Source: Candidatus Latescibacterota bacterium (lineage in GTDB: Bacteria; Latescibacterota; UBA2968; UBA8231). From it: a stretch of 64,000 bases of DNA. Positions 17,799-27,796 of this stretch are shown piece by piece (position 1 is the stretch's first letter; each line of letters begins with the position of its first letter). Location: contig OZ253462.1 of the NCBI GenBank assembly GCA_965261395.1, forward strand, positions 2,624,001-2,688,000, written 5' to 3'. Made by a program: the position numbers and the translations under genes. Under the pieces are notes generated by a model, which saw only the letters and a list, made by a program, of their open reading frames with translations, did not search any database and was not told the origin of the DNA.

Positions 17799-18647
17799 CT
17801 AGCCCAAAGCAAAGACGGCCTCGCCAACGACGATGGCTACAAGCCCCAATAACATGCCGACTTTGAGCAAGCGGCCGAGGCGGTCGTCCGCCAGTACTGC
17901 GCGTTGGCGATACAATTGCCAAAGGACGTAGCCGACCAAGGCATGGACCGGCAGCAACGCGAGCGCGTAGGGCGCACCGTAGAGGCCCATAAAAAATGGC
18001 ATCCAAGTAAACCCGACCAAGACCAAATACACGAGGGCTGCCAGCACCGCAGCTTGGGTGCGTCCCCAAGCAAGGGGCAAGGTGCGCTCGCCGCGAATTT
18101 GATCCCCAGCGACGTCCTCGATGTCCTTGACGATTTCCCGCCCCAAGTGAAAGAGGAAGGCAAAGAGCGCCGGAATCCACGAGCGCCCTATATCGCCAGC
18201 GGCCAGGGCGCCGTAGGGAAAGGCGATGGCCCCGACAAAGGCGACGAGTACATTGCCCCACAGCAGGCTGTTTTTTAAGGAAATACTATAGAAGGCGAGC
18301 AAGGCGACAACGACTAGGGCGATCAGCCCATGCCAAGGGCTGAGCCAGAACGCAAGTGTGCTGCCGGCTAGGGCGAGGAGCAAACTTTGCCTGCGGGCCG
18401 CGCTCGGGCTGAGGCGACCGGCAGGCAGCGGGCGCAGCGGGCGGTTGATGCGGTCAATGTCTATGTCCATCAAGTCGTTGAAGGCATTACCGGCACCGTT
18501 GATTGACGCGGCAGAAAGGGCGGCGAGCAGAAGGGCGGGCCAAGCGGGAGTTTGGTCCGCGGTCAAAGCGCCAATGCCGACCGAGAGGGCGGTAATCAGG
18601 CCGTTGAGCGGCCGGGGCAGGAGGAACAAGGCGCTGAGTCGCGACAA
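17799..18647 (-). CDS. UbiA-family prenyltransferase, DGGGP synthase-like
   Basis: ND..D.DIDRINRP.RPLP.G and REIVKDIED..GD; start approximate (TTG). Confidence 0.85.
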   Translation of the reverse strand: MSRLSALFLLPRPLNGLITALSVGIGALTADQTPAWPALLLAALSAASINGAGNAFNDLMDIDIDRINRPLRPLPAGRLSPSAARRQSLLLALAGSTLAFWLSPWHGLIALVVVALLAFYSISLKNSLLWGNVLVAFVGAIAFPYGALAAGDIGRSWIPALFAFLFHLGREIVKDIEDVAGDQIRGERTLPLAWGRTQAAVLAALVYLVLVGFTWMPFFMGLYGAPYALALLPVHALVGYVLWQLYRQRAVLADDRLGRLLKVGMLLGLVAIVVGEAVFALG

Positions 18648-18751
18648 GGCTTTCCACTTGTGGGCGGGTAAAAAGTCCGTATATAAAAGCAAAGCAAGAG
18701 AGTCGCCGCCAAGAGACTTTTGGCGGCCAAAGCGCGCGGACAAATTTATTC

Positions 18752-18780
18752 TTGACAGCGCCTGACGCTCAAAGTAGGTT
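18752..18780 (+). promoter_or_regulatory. Sigma70-type promoter of the M28 peptidase gene
   Basis: TTGACA-17 nt-TAGGTT. Confidence 0.6.
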
Positions 18781-18815
18781 CCCTAACGTTTTGTTTCTCA
18801 ACAAGTAAGCTAGCT

Positions 18816-20876
18816 ATGAACTCAGTTAAAGGGGCGTTGTGCGCCTCTCTTTTTTTTGTTGGCTCCGTCTTGGCCGAGCTACCCTTGGTCGGCGTGTCTT
18901 GGAAATCGCCAGCCGAGCTAACCGCGATCGCCGCGCTGAGCGAGCAGGTGCGCTACGTGGCGCGGAGCGTGGCTTTTGTCGAGGCCAGCGAAAGCGCGGT
19001 CGAGGAAATCACCAAGCAGGGGTTGGCCATCCTCTGCCTCGACAGGCCGCGAGCGGGCGATCGCTATTTTGTCGCCGATCACCTCGACCTTCCCCTGCCC
19101 CAAGGCGTTGAGTTGGTCTTTGCTGGGGGGGGCGAATGGGTGCTCTTGCGGGTGGGGCCGAACGCCCGCTTACACGAGGGGCCCCATTTCCTCTGGCCAT
19201 TGCCCACCAACTACAGCCTAGATGGATGGTTAGGTGCGCCGCGTCGCGCGCCCAAGCTCCTGCAAACGGCCTCGCCGGCTGTGGCGGCCCTCATCGAGGA
19301 AGCAGCCGCCGAGCGTTTGCAAGCCCATGTCGAAGCCCTCTCGCTAAAAGACCCAACGTTGGGCAGCGTCCCCGGCAACATCCGCAGCCGCTTTGCCGTA
19401 CATCCAGAGCTACTCGAATCAACCGAGTACATCCGCTCGCAATTGGTCGCAGCCCTCGGCGACGAGGCAGTCAAACTGCATTCCTTCCCCATTGACTCGC
19501 GGCGCGTCATCTCCCACACCTCGCGTCGAGGCAACCCAGTGCCAGCACCAAGCGACACCACTGCGTACAACGTCATCGGCACGCTGGCGGGCACCGACTC
19601 GGAGGCCGGGTACTACATCGTCTGCGCCCACTACGACGCCACGGGCACGCGCTCGGCCGGGGGTTGGAACTGGCAACGCGATCCCGCACCTGGGGCCGAC
19701 GACAATGCCAGCGGCGTGGCCTTGGTTCTAGAGAGCGCAAAGCTGCTGGCCGGGCAGCGCTTCCCCTGGTCCGTCCTATTTATCGCTTGGTCGGGCGAGG
19801 AGTTGGGGCTGCTGGGTAGCCAGGCGTATGTCGCGTTAGCCGCTGACCGCAACGACCCGATCCTCGGCGTCCTCAACTTCGACATGATCGGCTTCAACGA
19901 CTTGCAACAGCGGCTGGAGCTGGTGACGAATCCTAGCTCGCGCTGGCTGGGCGATCAGATGGCGTCCGTGGCCGAGCGCTATGAGATTGATCTCAAGGTC
20001 GACTTGCTCGAAGACGGAGGGGCGCGCCTCAGCGATCACGCGCCGTTCTGGTCTCGGGGCTACGACGCGATTCTCGGCATTGAAAATTACCTGCCCACGG
20101 ACTCGACGACGTACGGGGTCCGCGAGGGCCGCTACCGAATCAACTCGCAATACCACTCGGTCGTTGACCTGCCCGACAGCATCAACTGGGAGTTGGTGCG
20201 CCGCACCACCCAGCTAGCCGTGGCGACGTTGGCCGAGTACGGGTTGGGAGAAGGCACGCCGAACTTGGCGGTCTTCACCGGCGATTTGCGCAGCGACCGC
20301 ACGGATGATCTCCGCGTCCGCGTCAGCAACATCGGACTGGGCGCAGTCGCCAGCAGCTTCTCGGTGCGGGTCTCGCAATGTGCGCTGGATTCCAGCCGGT
20401 GCGAGGTCATCCACCGGGCGCAGGCTCCAGAGGGATTGGCTCCCGGCGCGAGCGCGGAATTGCACATTCCTTGGCAGCGATTTGGCGAGCTGGTCTTTTT
20501 GATCGAAGTCGATGCAGCAGAGCAAATCGGCGAGGTCAGCGAGGCGGACAACCGCGTCTTCCAGCGCCTGCGCCTAGTGCCGCAATCGAAGATCGCGGTC
20601 TTTCCCAACCCCTTCCGCATCGGCAGCGGCGTGCTCCGCTTCAGCGGCGTGCCCCTCAAATCCGCGGTGCAGGTCTTTGGTCCGGCGGGCGATATAGTGT
20701 GGGAAGCGGTTGAGGACGACGACGCGCAACGGCGTTTGGGGGCCGTTGCCAATGAGGTGCTGTGGTATGGAGTCAACCGCGCTGATCTACCGGTCGGCAA
20801 CGGTGTCTATATCTACACGATCCACTCCCCTGAAGGAACCCTGCTAGTGAGGGACAAAATCGCAGTCGTGCGCTAA
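18816..20876 (+). CDS. Secreted M28 family metallopeptidase with CARDB-like and C-terminal FlgD-Ig-like domains
   Basis: Signal peptide; AHYD, GADDNASG, GEE.GLLGS, NFDMIG, SDH, YH; E..E.DN; FPNPF...GVYIY. Confidence 0.9.
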   Translation: MNSVKGALCASLFFVGSVLAELPLVGVSWKSPAELTAIAALSEQVRYVARSVAFVEASESAVEEITKQGLAILCLDRPRAGDRYFVADHLDLPLPQGVELVFAGGGEWVLLRVGPNARLHEGPHFLWPLPTNYSLDGWLGAPRRAPKLLQTASPAVAALIEEAAAERLQAHVEALSLKDPTLGSVPGNIRSRFAVHPELLESTEYIRSQLVAALGDEAVKLHSFPIDSRRVISHTSRRGNPVPAPSDTTAYNVIGTLAGTDSEAGYYIVCAHYDATGTRSAGGWNWQRDPAPGADDNASGVALVLESAKLLAGQRFPWSVLFIAWSGEELGLLGSQAYVALAADRNDPILGVLNFDMIGFNDLQQRLELVTNPSSRWLGDQMASVAERYEIDLKVDLLEDGGARLSDHAPFWSRGYDAILGIENYLPTDSTTYGVREGRYRINSQYHSVVDLPDSINWELVRRTTQLAVATLAEYGLGEGTPNLAVFTGDLRSDRTDDLRVRVSNIGLGAVASSFSVRVSQCALDSSRCEVIHRAQAPEGLAPGASAELHIPWQRFGELVFLIEVDAAEQIGEVSEADNRVFQRLRLVPQSKIAVFPNPFRIGSGVLRFSGVPLKSAVQVFGPAGDIVWEAVEDDDAQRRLGAVANEVLWYGVNRADLPVGNGVYIYTIHSPEGTLLVRDKIAVVR

Positions 20877-20893
20877 AAACATAACTTTTGGTG

Positions 20894-21978
20894 CTAAGTA
20901 CACGACAGTAAAATGGGTTGATATTGTTGGGCCTGTTTAGGCTGCTCACGCACTTGGTGTATGATCTGGGTGAGTTGATCAAGTCCTCGTCGAAAGAGGC
21001 TTATGGCGGGTTGTCCATGTTTTTTTAGGGGGCTGGGTTTTCTTTGATGGAGTTGCTCGCCCATGAGCAGTGCCCATAGCAGCGTCCATGCCAGCAGTCC
21101 CAGCAGCAAATGTATGCGTTGAGGATGGGTCATGTGGGTATCTTCGAGATTAAATCCTCTCGATTTCAAACAAGCAAACGTCGTCTCAATAGCCCAGCGC
21201 TGTCCATAGACGGCCAGCCCCTGTTGGAGGTCGGTTCGGTTGGTAATCAGCAGGATGCGTTCGCCGCGGGCGGGGCGGTGGCACACCAGATGCAGCGTTA
21301 GGCCGTTATAGAGGGTCGGGTGTGGATAGTATCGGGTGGTGTTTCGGGGCATCCGTTCATTAAAGGTGGCCGCATAACGCCAAAGGTGGCCGCATAACGC
21401 CGCCGACCATCGTCAAGCGTAAGCGAGGTATTGCCCCGTAGGCGAATGACAAAATCGACGGATTGCTCCAACAAAAAGGCCAACCAATCTCGACCGATAA
21501 ACTCGCGGTCTGCGACTAAACAACACACGCTGGCATCCAGCTAGGCCCATACTTGGGTCCGCAGGTGTTTACGTTCTTCGGTATGGGAGTTGCCCGGCTT
21601 TTGCAACGACTGATAGACCAACGGAATAGACACCCTTTGGTAGACCAGACCGACACATAACAGATTCAGATCGGTGCGACCCAACTTCCAATGGCTACGA
21701 TCCATGACCAACACCTGGGGCTGGCCGGGGCGCACCAGCTTAGAGACGATCAACTCAGTAAACACGGCCGGGGAGAATCCGCTGCTGAAAAAACGCGGTA
21801 GGCGACGATATTGACTGTCTATTTGAGCCATGCCGGGCAGACTACACGCGAGTTTTCTCAGATTGACCGAACGCACTTGCATCAGCGCACAGACCAAGCC
21901 ACTCATCAGGTCCAGGCGGTGGCGCGTGAGGGATACAGACCCTTGCATGAGCGCTTTCTTTAGCGTATGAATAAGCAC
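20894..21978 (-). pseudogene. IS4 DDE transposase pseudogene
   Basis: MDRSHW, ADREF.G, Y..RW.IE..F..LKS.GFNLEDT, ends LSCT inside the IR; in-frame TAG at 21541-21543 and a 20-bp duplication frameshift. Confidence 0.9.
21362..21401. repeat. 20-bp tandem duplication frameshifting the transposase
   Basis: AAAGGTGGCCGCATAACGCC x2; removing one copy restores ...RRYAATFNERMPRNT... Confidence 0.9.
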
Positions 21979-22079
21979 GGTACAGCTCCTGTATTTAGGA
22001 TTTAGATGCAATCTTGGGCGATTACAAATAAACCTAAATTGGGGCTGTACCACAACTTAGCTTACTGTCGTGTACTTAG

Positions 22080-22693
22080 GTCCGTACCTAAGCAGGAAAA
22101 TCAAAAAATTTAATTACAATGATCTTTTCCTCAACGATTGGGGGATTCATCATCTCCACCTTGGAACAGAGATAGATCCCGATGGGTTTATAAATCGCAC
22201 AGACCCATTATTGTATTGTCGTTTTGAAGAGGATTATGCGTATTTTATCGACATTCTCCCCCATGGGAATTGGACATCGCAGAAACTAATCACGACCATG
22301 CATGACAACTGGCCCGAGCTTCTGTCTTGTTTTTTCGACGGAGTCACAGAAACAGAAACTCGACTTTCTGACGAAGAAATTAAGGAACTACGCAGAAAGA
22401 GAATCAATTATTTTATTACTATGAATGACGGAACAACGTATTCGCCGCTTGGGGGAGGTAGTACATTCGCAGGAACTAACATCTATGATGTTATGAGGAC
22501 AAATCAATATCTGGGTGAGGTGAATCGCAAACAACAAGAAATCATTGCAGATTTTCCAGAAATTGAAAACAGGGCAAGAGAGCGTGGAATTTCCTTTGGT
22601 GAGCCGCCCCGGTTCGAGTTGCGCTTCATAGGAGAAACCTTTTGTGCAGTAGAAAGTTATAGCGGATATAACCTTCCTCTCTCTTATCCGTAG
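22080..22693 (+). pseudogene. 5'-truncated hypothetical gene, possibly YafO/RelE-like RNase fold
   Basis: Frame begins at the IS end (first GTG is inside the IR); DWGIHHLHLG..RTDPLLY..AYFIDILPHG; AT-rich. Confidence 0.55.
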
Positions 22694-22739
22694 ACATCAA
22701 ACTAGGTGGTTTTGAGAGTACATTCGGGAATTTTCATCA

Positions 22740-25577
22740 TTAGCCATTCCTCAAGTTCAGCTCCAGTAATTCGCCCAGCGCCTCGTCCTCCGAAATGCCC
22801 GCGTCCCACCCATACGCCTCCGCCACAGCCGCGTCGAGCGCGGCATGAGCATCGACAAGCCATTGCGGGCGAGCATTGTACAAATTGGTCAGTATGCGTT
22901 TCTTGAGTTCCTTCGCCGTCGCCTCGTCTCGGGGCACCGGGCGCTTGGGATAGCCGGGGACCGGCTCGTCCACCCACTCCACCCATTCGGGCGGACTGAG
23001 CCAGCGGTCGCGCAGTTCGACTAGTCGTCGCGCTGCTTCGGCGATGGCAACAGCACGCGGATCATTGGCGTAATCCGAAGCCGGAATATCGGGCGATAGC
23101 CCTTCGGGGAAGGGAAAGGTCTCGAAGGTGGTGGTCGGCGTGTAGCGCGGACGATCTTCTAGACTCGTGCCGAGCCGCAGCGACCACGCCTCGTGAAATC
23201 GGCTGTGCAAGATGCCGAAGGTCGTGTCGTCGTCGCGGGCGATGACAATTAGCTGATGATCGGGGCAGATGCGCACGTCGAGCCAAGCGAACAGACGGTG
23301 CTTGGCGACGGTGGGCGTAGCGATGTAGCGCGACAGACCGGCAAGTGCCTCCCACATCCCCGGCCTCGGCTCGACATGCCGCCACCAATGGATGCGATAG
23401 GCTTCCCGGCGATTCTGTTGTCGCATTGGATAAACGTGCTCCTTTGTGTGTTGAAACGGTGCCTCGTAGAGCGCGGCTTCCTCTTGCATCATGCTCCAGC
23501 CAAAATCGACAATCCATTTGTCAGCCGGTCGGCGGGTCAAGTCCATGCCATTTACCCACGGCTTGAGAACGTCGGAATTGGGCCGTCCGTTCGCGTTCGC
23601 AGGCTCGCGGAGCCATTCCCGGGCCTGCTCTCCGGGCACATCGAAGGGGCCGCCCTTGGTATCTCCCATGAACGCAATGCCGATGTTCCGGCATTGCCGT
23701 TGTGCCTTGGTCAGATCAACGTTCCCCGTCAGATCGGGATGGACCGCATCCACAAGCTGGCCATCGAGCCGCTGTTCCAGCGCCGCTCCATCATCCGGTC
23801 GTGAGAAGCACACCAAAGAGACGCGCACCGCCGCCCCATTAATCACCCACGGCTCATCGCTCCACGCCTCAAAGATCGGACGGTCCTCAGTCGCGGTTTG
23901 CAACGCCCGCCGATTCGCCCCGCCGCGAATGGAGTTGGTTGAGACGAGACCTGCGCGCTTTGCCTTGCCCGATTCTATGTGCTCGCCGGCCTTCACGAAC
24001 CAGTAGCAGACGAGATCTGCCTCCGCTGGTACGCGGCCTTCATACACCGTGAAAATGCTTGAAACATAATCCTCGCCAAGGTTCGCGTTGAGAAGTTTTC
24101 CTCCGATAAATGGCGGATTGCCGATCACTACATCGGCTGCTGGCCATGCCGGTTCCTCGCCGTCTGGGGTCAGGATCGCATCGCGGCATTCGATGGTGTT
24201 GAGCGGCTTGAGAACTGGACGATCCGCCCCGGTATAGCCGTTGCGCCGCATCCACTGGATTTCTCCGATCCACACCGACACGCGCGCTAATTCGGCGGCG
24301 TAGGCGTTGATTTCGATCCCCTTGACGTTGGCCGGGCTGACTTCGGGAAACGAGCGCTGGAGGTCAAAGGCTTCGGCCTCCAGTTGCACCCGATGCTCCA
24401 AGTCCTTGAGCGCGTGCAAGGCGACGTAGAGGAAGTTACCGGAGCCACAAGCTGGGTCGAGGATGGTGAAAGAGCGGAGGTGCTGTAAGAAAGCGTCCTT
24501 GCGCTGCTCGGCCCGACTGCGTTGGCGAGTCCGGGCAGCAGCAGATCGGGCATTTCCGGCTCGTTTCAGCGCGGCGGTGATTTCCCCTTTCACCTTTTCC
24601 CATTCGGCCAACCACGGGCGAATCACCACTGGCTCGACGATCCGCATAATTTTGTCGCGGTCCGTGTAGTGTGCCCCAAGCTGCGCCCGCTTACCCGGGT
24701 CGAGGCCGCGCTCGAACAGGGTGCCTAGGATGGAAGGATCAATCTCCGACCATTCTAGGGTCGCCGCTTGGAGCACCGTGTCGATCTCGGCCTTTTTTAG
24801 TGGAAGGGCGGTATCGTCGTCGAACAGCCCGCCATTAAACCAAGCCACCGGCTCAAAGCCAACCCGCCCGCCGGTGGCCATGGCAGCGAACAGATCGCGG
24901 GCCATGGCGGCGAACTCCTCTGGCTGCTGCCGCGCCTGCTCCAACATCCGCGTGAACAGATTGCTCGGCAAAAGACCTACGTCCTCGGCGAACATGCAGA
25001 ACACCAGCCGGTTGATGAAATGCGCCACTGCCTGCGGGTCATGGCCGCGTTCCCGCAAGGCTTGCGCCAGCAACGCAAAGGCCGTGGCCGCCCGCTCGGT
25101 GAGCGCCTGCCGGGTCTCGTCCGGCCGCAGCCGCTCAGGGTCGGATAGTGCCCACTTGAGCTTGTCGCGGACAGCGGCATCGGCTAAATCGTCGATCTCG
25201 AATCCGTGGGTCTTGCTGACGCTGTTGGTCCAGTTGGTGCGGATGCGGAACCGCCGCATGTCGGAGACGATCAAAAGCGGCGGGTTTTCCAAAGCTAGCG
25301 CGTATTGCCTGAGTTGGTCAAAGGCCGCGTCTAAGTTGGCACGCGGGCCCTTGTACTCCCAAGCGAAGCAGTGTCGCTTCCACACGTCGGCCCAACCATC
25401 GCCGCCGGTTTCCTTGCGAGCACCCTTCTCAAAGCAGTACGTCTCGCCGGTAGGATCGCCCTCGGTCGGGGTTGACTCGCCGAGCAGCCGGCACAGGTCG
25501 ATAAAGTGCTCCTGAGCAGCCGAGCGTTCCTTGAGTTCGACGGCACGCCACTTGGTAATGAATACCTCTGGAGTCAT
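22740..25577 (-). CDS. MmeI-like (Type IIL/IIG) fused restriction endonuclease-N6A methyltransferase
   Basis: ADVWK...WEYK nuclease motif, ILDPACGSGNFL, GNPPF, GAHYT, RYTP...FETFPFP, LTNLYN.RP.WL...H..LD.AV..AYGW. Confidence 0.92.
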   Translation of the reverse strand: MTPEVFITKWRAVELKERSAAQEHFIDLCRLLGESTPTEGDPTGETYCFEKGARKETGGDGWADVWKRHCFAWEYKGPRANLDAAFDQLRQYALALENPPLLIVSDMRRFRIRTNWTNSVSKTHGFEIDDLADAAVRDKLKWALSDPERLRPDETRQALTERAATAFALLAQALRERGHDPQAVAHFINRLVFCMFAEDVGLLPSNLFTRMLEQARQQPEEFAAMARDLFAAMATGGRVGFEPVAWFNGGLFDDDTALPLKKAEIDTVLQAATLEWSEIDPSILGTLFERGLDPGKRAQLGAHYTDRDKIMRIVEPVVIRPWLAEWEKVKGEITAALKRAGNARSAAARTRQRSRAEQRKDAFLQHLRSFTILDPACGSGNFLYVALHALKDLEHRVQLEAEAFDLQRSFPEVSPANVKGIEINAYAAELARVSVWIGEIQWMRRNGYTGADRPVLKPLNTIECRDAILTPDGEEPAWPAADVVIGNPPFIGGKLLNANLGEDYVSSIFTVYEGRVPAEADLVCYWFVKAGEHIESGKAKRAGLVSTNSIRGGANRRALQTATEDRPIFEAWSDEPWVINGAAVRVSLVCFSRPDDGAALEQRLDGQLVDAVHPDLTGNVDLTKAQRQCRNIGIAFMGDTKGGPFDVPGEQAREWLREPANANGRPNSDVLKPWVNGMDLTRRPADKWIVDFGWSMMQEEAALYEAPFQHTKEHVYPMRQQNRREAYRIHWWRHVEPRPGMWEALAGLSRYIATPTVAKHRLFAWLDVRICPDHQLIVIARDDDTTFGILHSRFHEAWSLRLGTSLEDRPRYTPTTTFETFPFPEGLSPDIPASDYANDPRAVAIAEAARRLVELRDRWLSPPEWVEWVDEPVPGYPKRPVPRDEATAKELKKRILTNLYNARPQWLVDAHAALDAAVAEAYGWDAGISEDEALGELLELNLRNG

Positions 25578-25654
25578 GGTCCTATGGTCACTAGCCGCTT
25601 GAAGCGGGCGAATGCTGTAAATGGGATTGGATCGTTAGTATTCATCGCGGCCTG

Positions 25655-26857
25655 CTAGGTGATCACCAACTCCTCGTCAAGTTGACGTAGCCCGATGCCC
25701 TCGAAAAGCCTTTGCCTCCATAGGGCACCCGGTAAGTCTCCCTCTGTGACAAGAGTACGCAGCAGTTCGCTATCGGACGCTCGGCGCACGGTCGTGAATC
25801 CGTCTTTCTTAACCAACCAGAAGATCTCATCGAGTTCTGCTCCGTTCAGGAAATCGGGAGAGTGGGTTGAAACGAACACTTGGCCGCCGCGCCGGGCGTA
25901 GTCCCGAAACTCCTCGGCCAATTCTATTAGCAATTCGGGATAGAGCTGGTTTTCGGGTTCTTCGACCGCCAGCAACGGATGAGGCTTCGGGTCATACAGC
26001 AAGACGAGGTAGGCGAACATCTTGATGGTGCCGTCAGAGACGTAGCGGGCAATAAAGGGGTCTTTGAAGCTGCCATCCTGAAAGCGCAGGACGAGACGCC
26101 CGTCCTCCGTCGGTTTGGCTTCAACGCCGCTCACGCCGGGGACACGCTGGCTCATAGCTTTCAGCACTTGGTCGAAGCACTCGCGGTGATTTTCGTAGAG
26201 GTACTGGGCCACTTGGGCGATGTTATCGCCACGGTTAGACATATGCTCGGCATAGCCGGCCTCACTGCTTGGTCGGGCATCGGCAATGTGGAAGTCCGAG
26301 ACGTGCCAGTTTTCGATCAGGCTGCGGAAATCTGAGACGACTTGGAACTCGCGGAACTGCCCCAAGCCTTTGATCGCGAGGACGCTGGGGTCATCGAGCT
26401 TGTACTCCGCTCTTTTTTCTTTTACTTCTTCCTGACCATAGACCGATTCATTTGTGATCGCGGTTCCGATCCCGCCTGAGAAATCAACGAAATGCCAGGG
26501 GCGTCCATACTGCCCTTTACGGTAGTGGAGTACTTCGCGTTCAACCGAGACTTGGCCACCCCTCGCTACTATTTCGAGTTCGTAAGTGGCCAGACGTCCG
26601 CCGCTCTCGCGGAATTTGATGGTGATCCCAATCGGCCCCTTTTCTCCCCGGCTAACCAACTCGCGGAACCCTCCGCGTCGCGCCACTGCCATGGTGACGT
26701 TCTGGGTCAGCGCGTCCTTGAGAAAGCTAAACACGTCGAGTAGCGTTGACTTGCCCGTGCCGTTCGCGCCCACGACTACGACCATCGGGGGTAAATTATC
26801 AAACACGGCGTGGCGGAAGGAACGGTAGTTCTTGATTTCAATCTGCTCAATCCGCAT
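25655..26857 (-). CDS. AAA_21/ABC-type ATPase of defence/TA-associated type
   Basis: IKNYRSF, GANGTGKST, SDGT, LLAVEEPEN, STHS; start MRIEQ after GGAGG. Confidence 0.9.
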   Translation of the reverse strand: MRIEQIEIKNYRSFRHAVFDNLPPMVVVVGANGTGKSTLLDVFSFLKDALTQNVTMAVARRGGFRELVSRGEKGPIGITIKFRESGGRLATYELEIVARGGQVSVEREVLHYRKGQYGRPWHFVDFSGGIGTAITNESVYGQEEVKEKRAEYKLDDPSVLAIKGLGQFREFQVVSDFRSLIENWHVSDFHIADARPSSEAGYAEHMSNRGDNIAQVAQYLYENHRECFDQVLKAMSQRVPGVSGVEAKPTEDGRLVLRFQDGSFKDPFIARYVSDGTIKMFAYLVLLYDPKPHPLLAVEEPENQLYPELLIELAEEFRDYARRGGQVFVSTHSPDFLNGAELDEIFWLVKKDGFTTVRRASDSELLRTLVTEGDLPGALWRQRLFEGIGLRQLDEELVIT

Positions 26858-26920
26858 AGGTTGTTCCTCCGTATTGTCGAACATTACTGTTGTTGGGCTA
26901 GGCTGCTCCATTGGCGGCTA

Positions 26921-27628
26921 TCACGATTCATCTAGTGACCGGCGAAGAGTTGCGGTCAATTTCTGACGGAAGTCCTTGTCATTATCCCTAGACTTAGACC
27001 AAATAACGGTCGTGCAGTGATTCGTATCGAAGTGGGTTCCATCGTTGCTTTCAAATTTTTTCTTTTCGCAGATATAGATAACAGGTTTGCCTAGACCCTC
27101 CGCGTAACCGGCCTCCCAATATGCGCCATTGTTGCCGTGAGTGAGGTCGGCAATAACGAACTTCGCGTCTCTGATTCGGACACGCATGATGTTGTCGATG
27201 ATACCCGCCTTTGAGACATCGCGCATATCGACGAGATCATAACCGGTGGCATCCTTTACCTCGGGTTTCACAACGTCCCAAACAAAGGATTCGAGATCGG
27301 GTTCGTTGAACTGCATGGCGAGGAAACCGTAGTTTCCAGCAAACCCCCCATGCTTTTCCTCTTCGTACTGTTCCCATCCGTCGAGAGAGAGGTTGACATT
27401 CGCAAAAGGTGTTAGGTCAGATTGGTACGTTACTAATTCCGTCATTTGGATGGTCTGGTTTTTGTACAACTCTCTGACGAGTTGCATAAAGAATTCCTTG
27501 CTCGGAGCGCCAATTTCCTGGCTGATTTCAGGGAGATAGGAAATTGGCTTACCCAATTCCGATACTTGGTCTCCAATGTATCGAATGAGATTCATCGCCT
27601 GCACCGCAGGGCTCGTGAATTCGTTCAT
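26921..27628 (-). CDS. Protein with C-terminal nucleoside 2-deoxyribosyltransferase-like (NDT/TIR-like) domain
   Basis: FLAMQF, FVIADLT..NNGAYWEAGYAEGLGKPVIY.C, HFD..H; N-terminus wHTH-like (LSLDGW..YE). Confidence 0.75.
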   Translation of the reverse strand: MNEFTSPAVQAMNLIRYIGDQVSELGKPISYLPEISQEIGAPSKEFFMQLVRELYKNQTIQMTELVTYQSDLTPFANVNLSLDGWEQYEEEKHGGFAGNYGFLAMQFNEPDLESFVWDVVKPEVKDATGYDLVDMRDVSKAGIIDNIMRVRIRDAKFVIADLTHGNNGAYWEAGYAEGLGKPVIYICEKKKFESNDGTHFDTNHCTTVIWSKSRDNDKDFRQKLTATLRRSLDES

Positions 27629-27796
27629 GTCTTTCCCTTACTTGTCCTATCTCCTATAGGTCAAAATCGGCGCGCTTCTGCACTGCCGTCCTTGAAGCGA
27701 GATTGGCGACTGGATAGATTGAGTTGAATTAGGTCGTCCAACATACCACACGCCCCGCGCTCGTTCAAGCTACCTAAAACGCCAAGGAACGCCCCA

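Larger units (their letters stand above)
20894..22079 (-). mobile_element. IS4-family insertion sequence, 1186 bp, non-functional
   Basis: Perfect 18-bp terminal inverted repeats CTAAGTACACGACAGTAA (20894-20911) and TTACTGTCGTGTACTTAG (22062-22079); no target-site duplication seen. Confidence 0.92.

Noticed and set aside
25578-25654. Possible remnant of a DUF4276 partner after the ATPase (MNTNDPIPFTAFARFKRLVTIGP)
   Set aside because: Too short, no convincing motif
20877-27790. Direct repeats bounding the middle islet
   Set aside because: Only a chance-level CTAAAA match found
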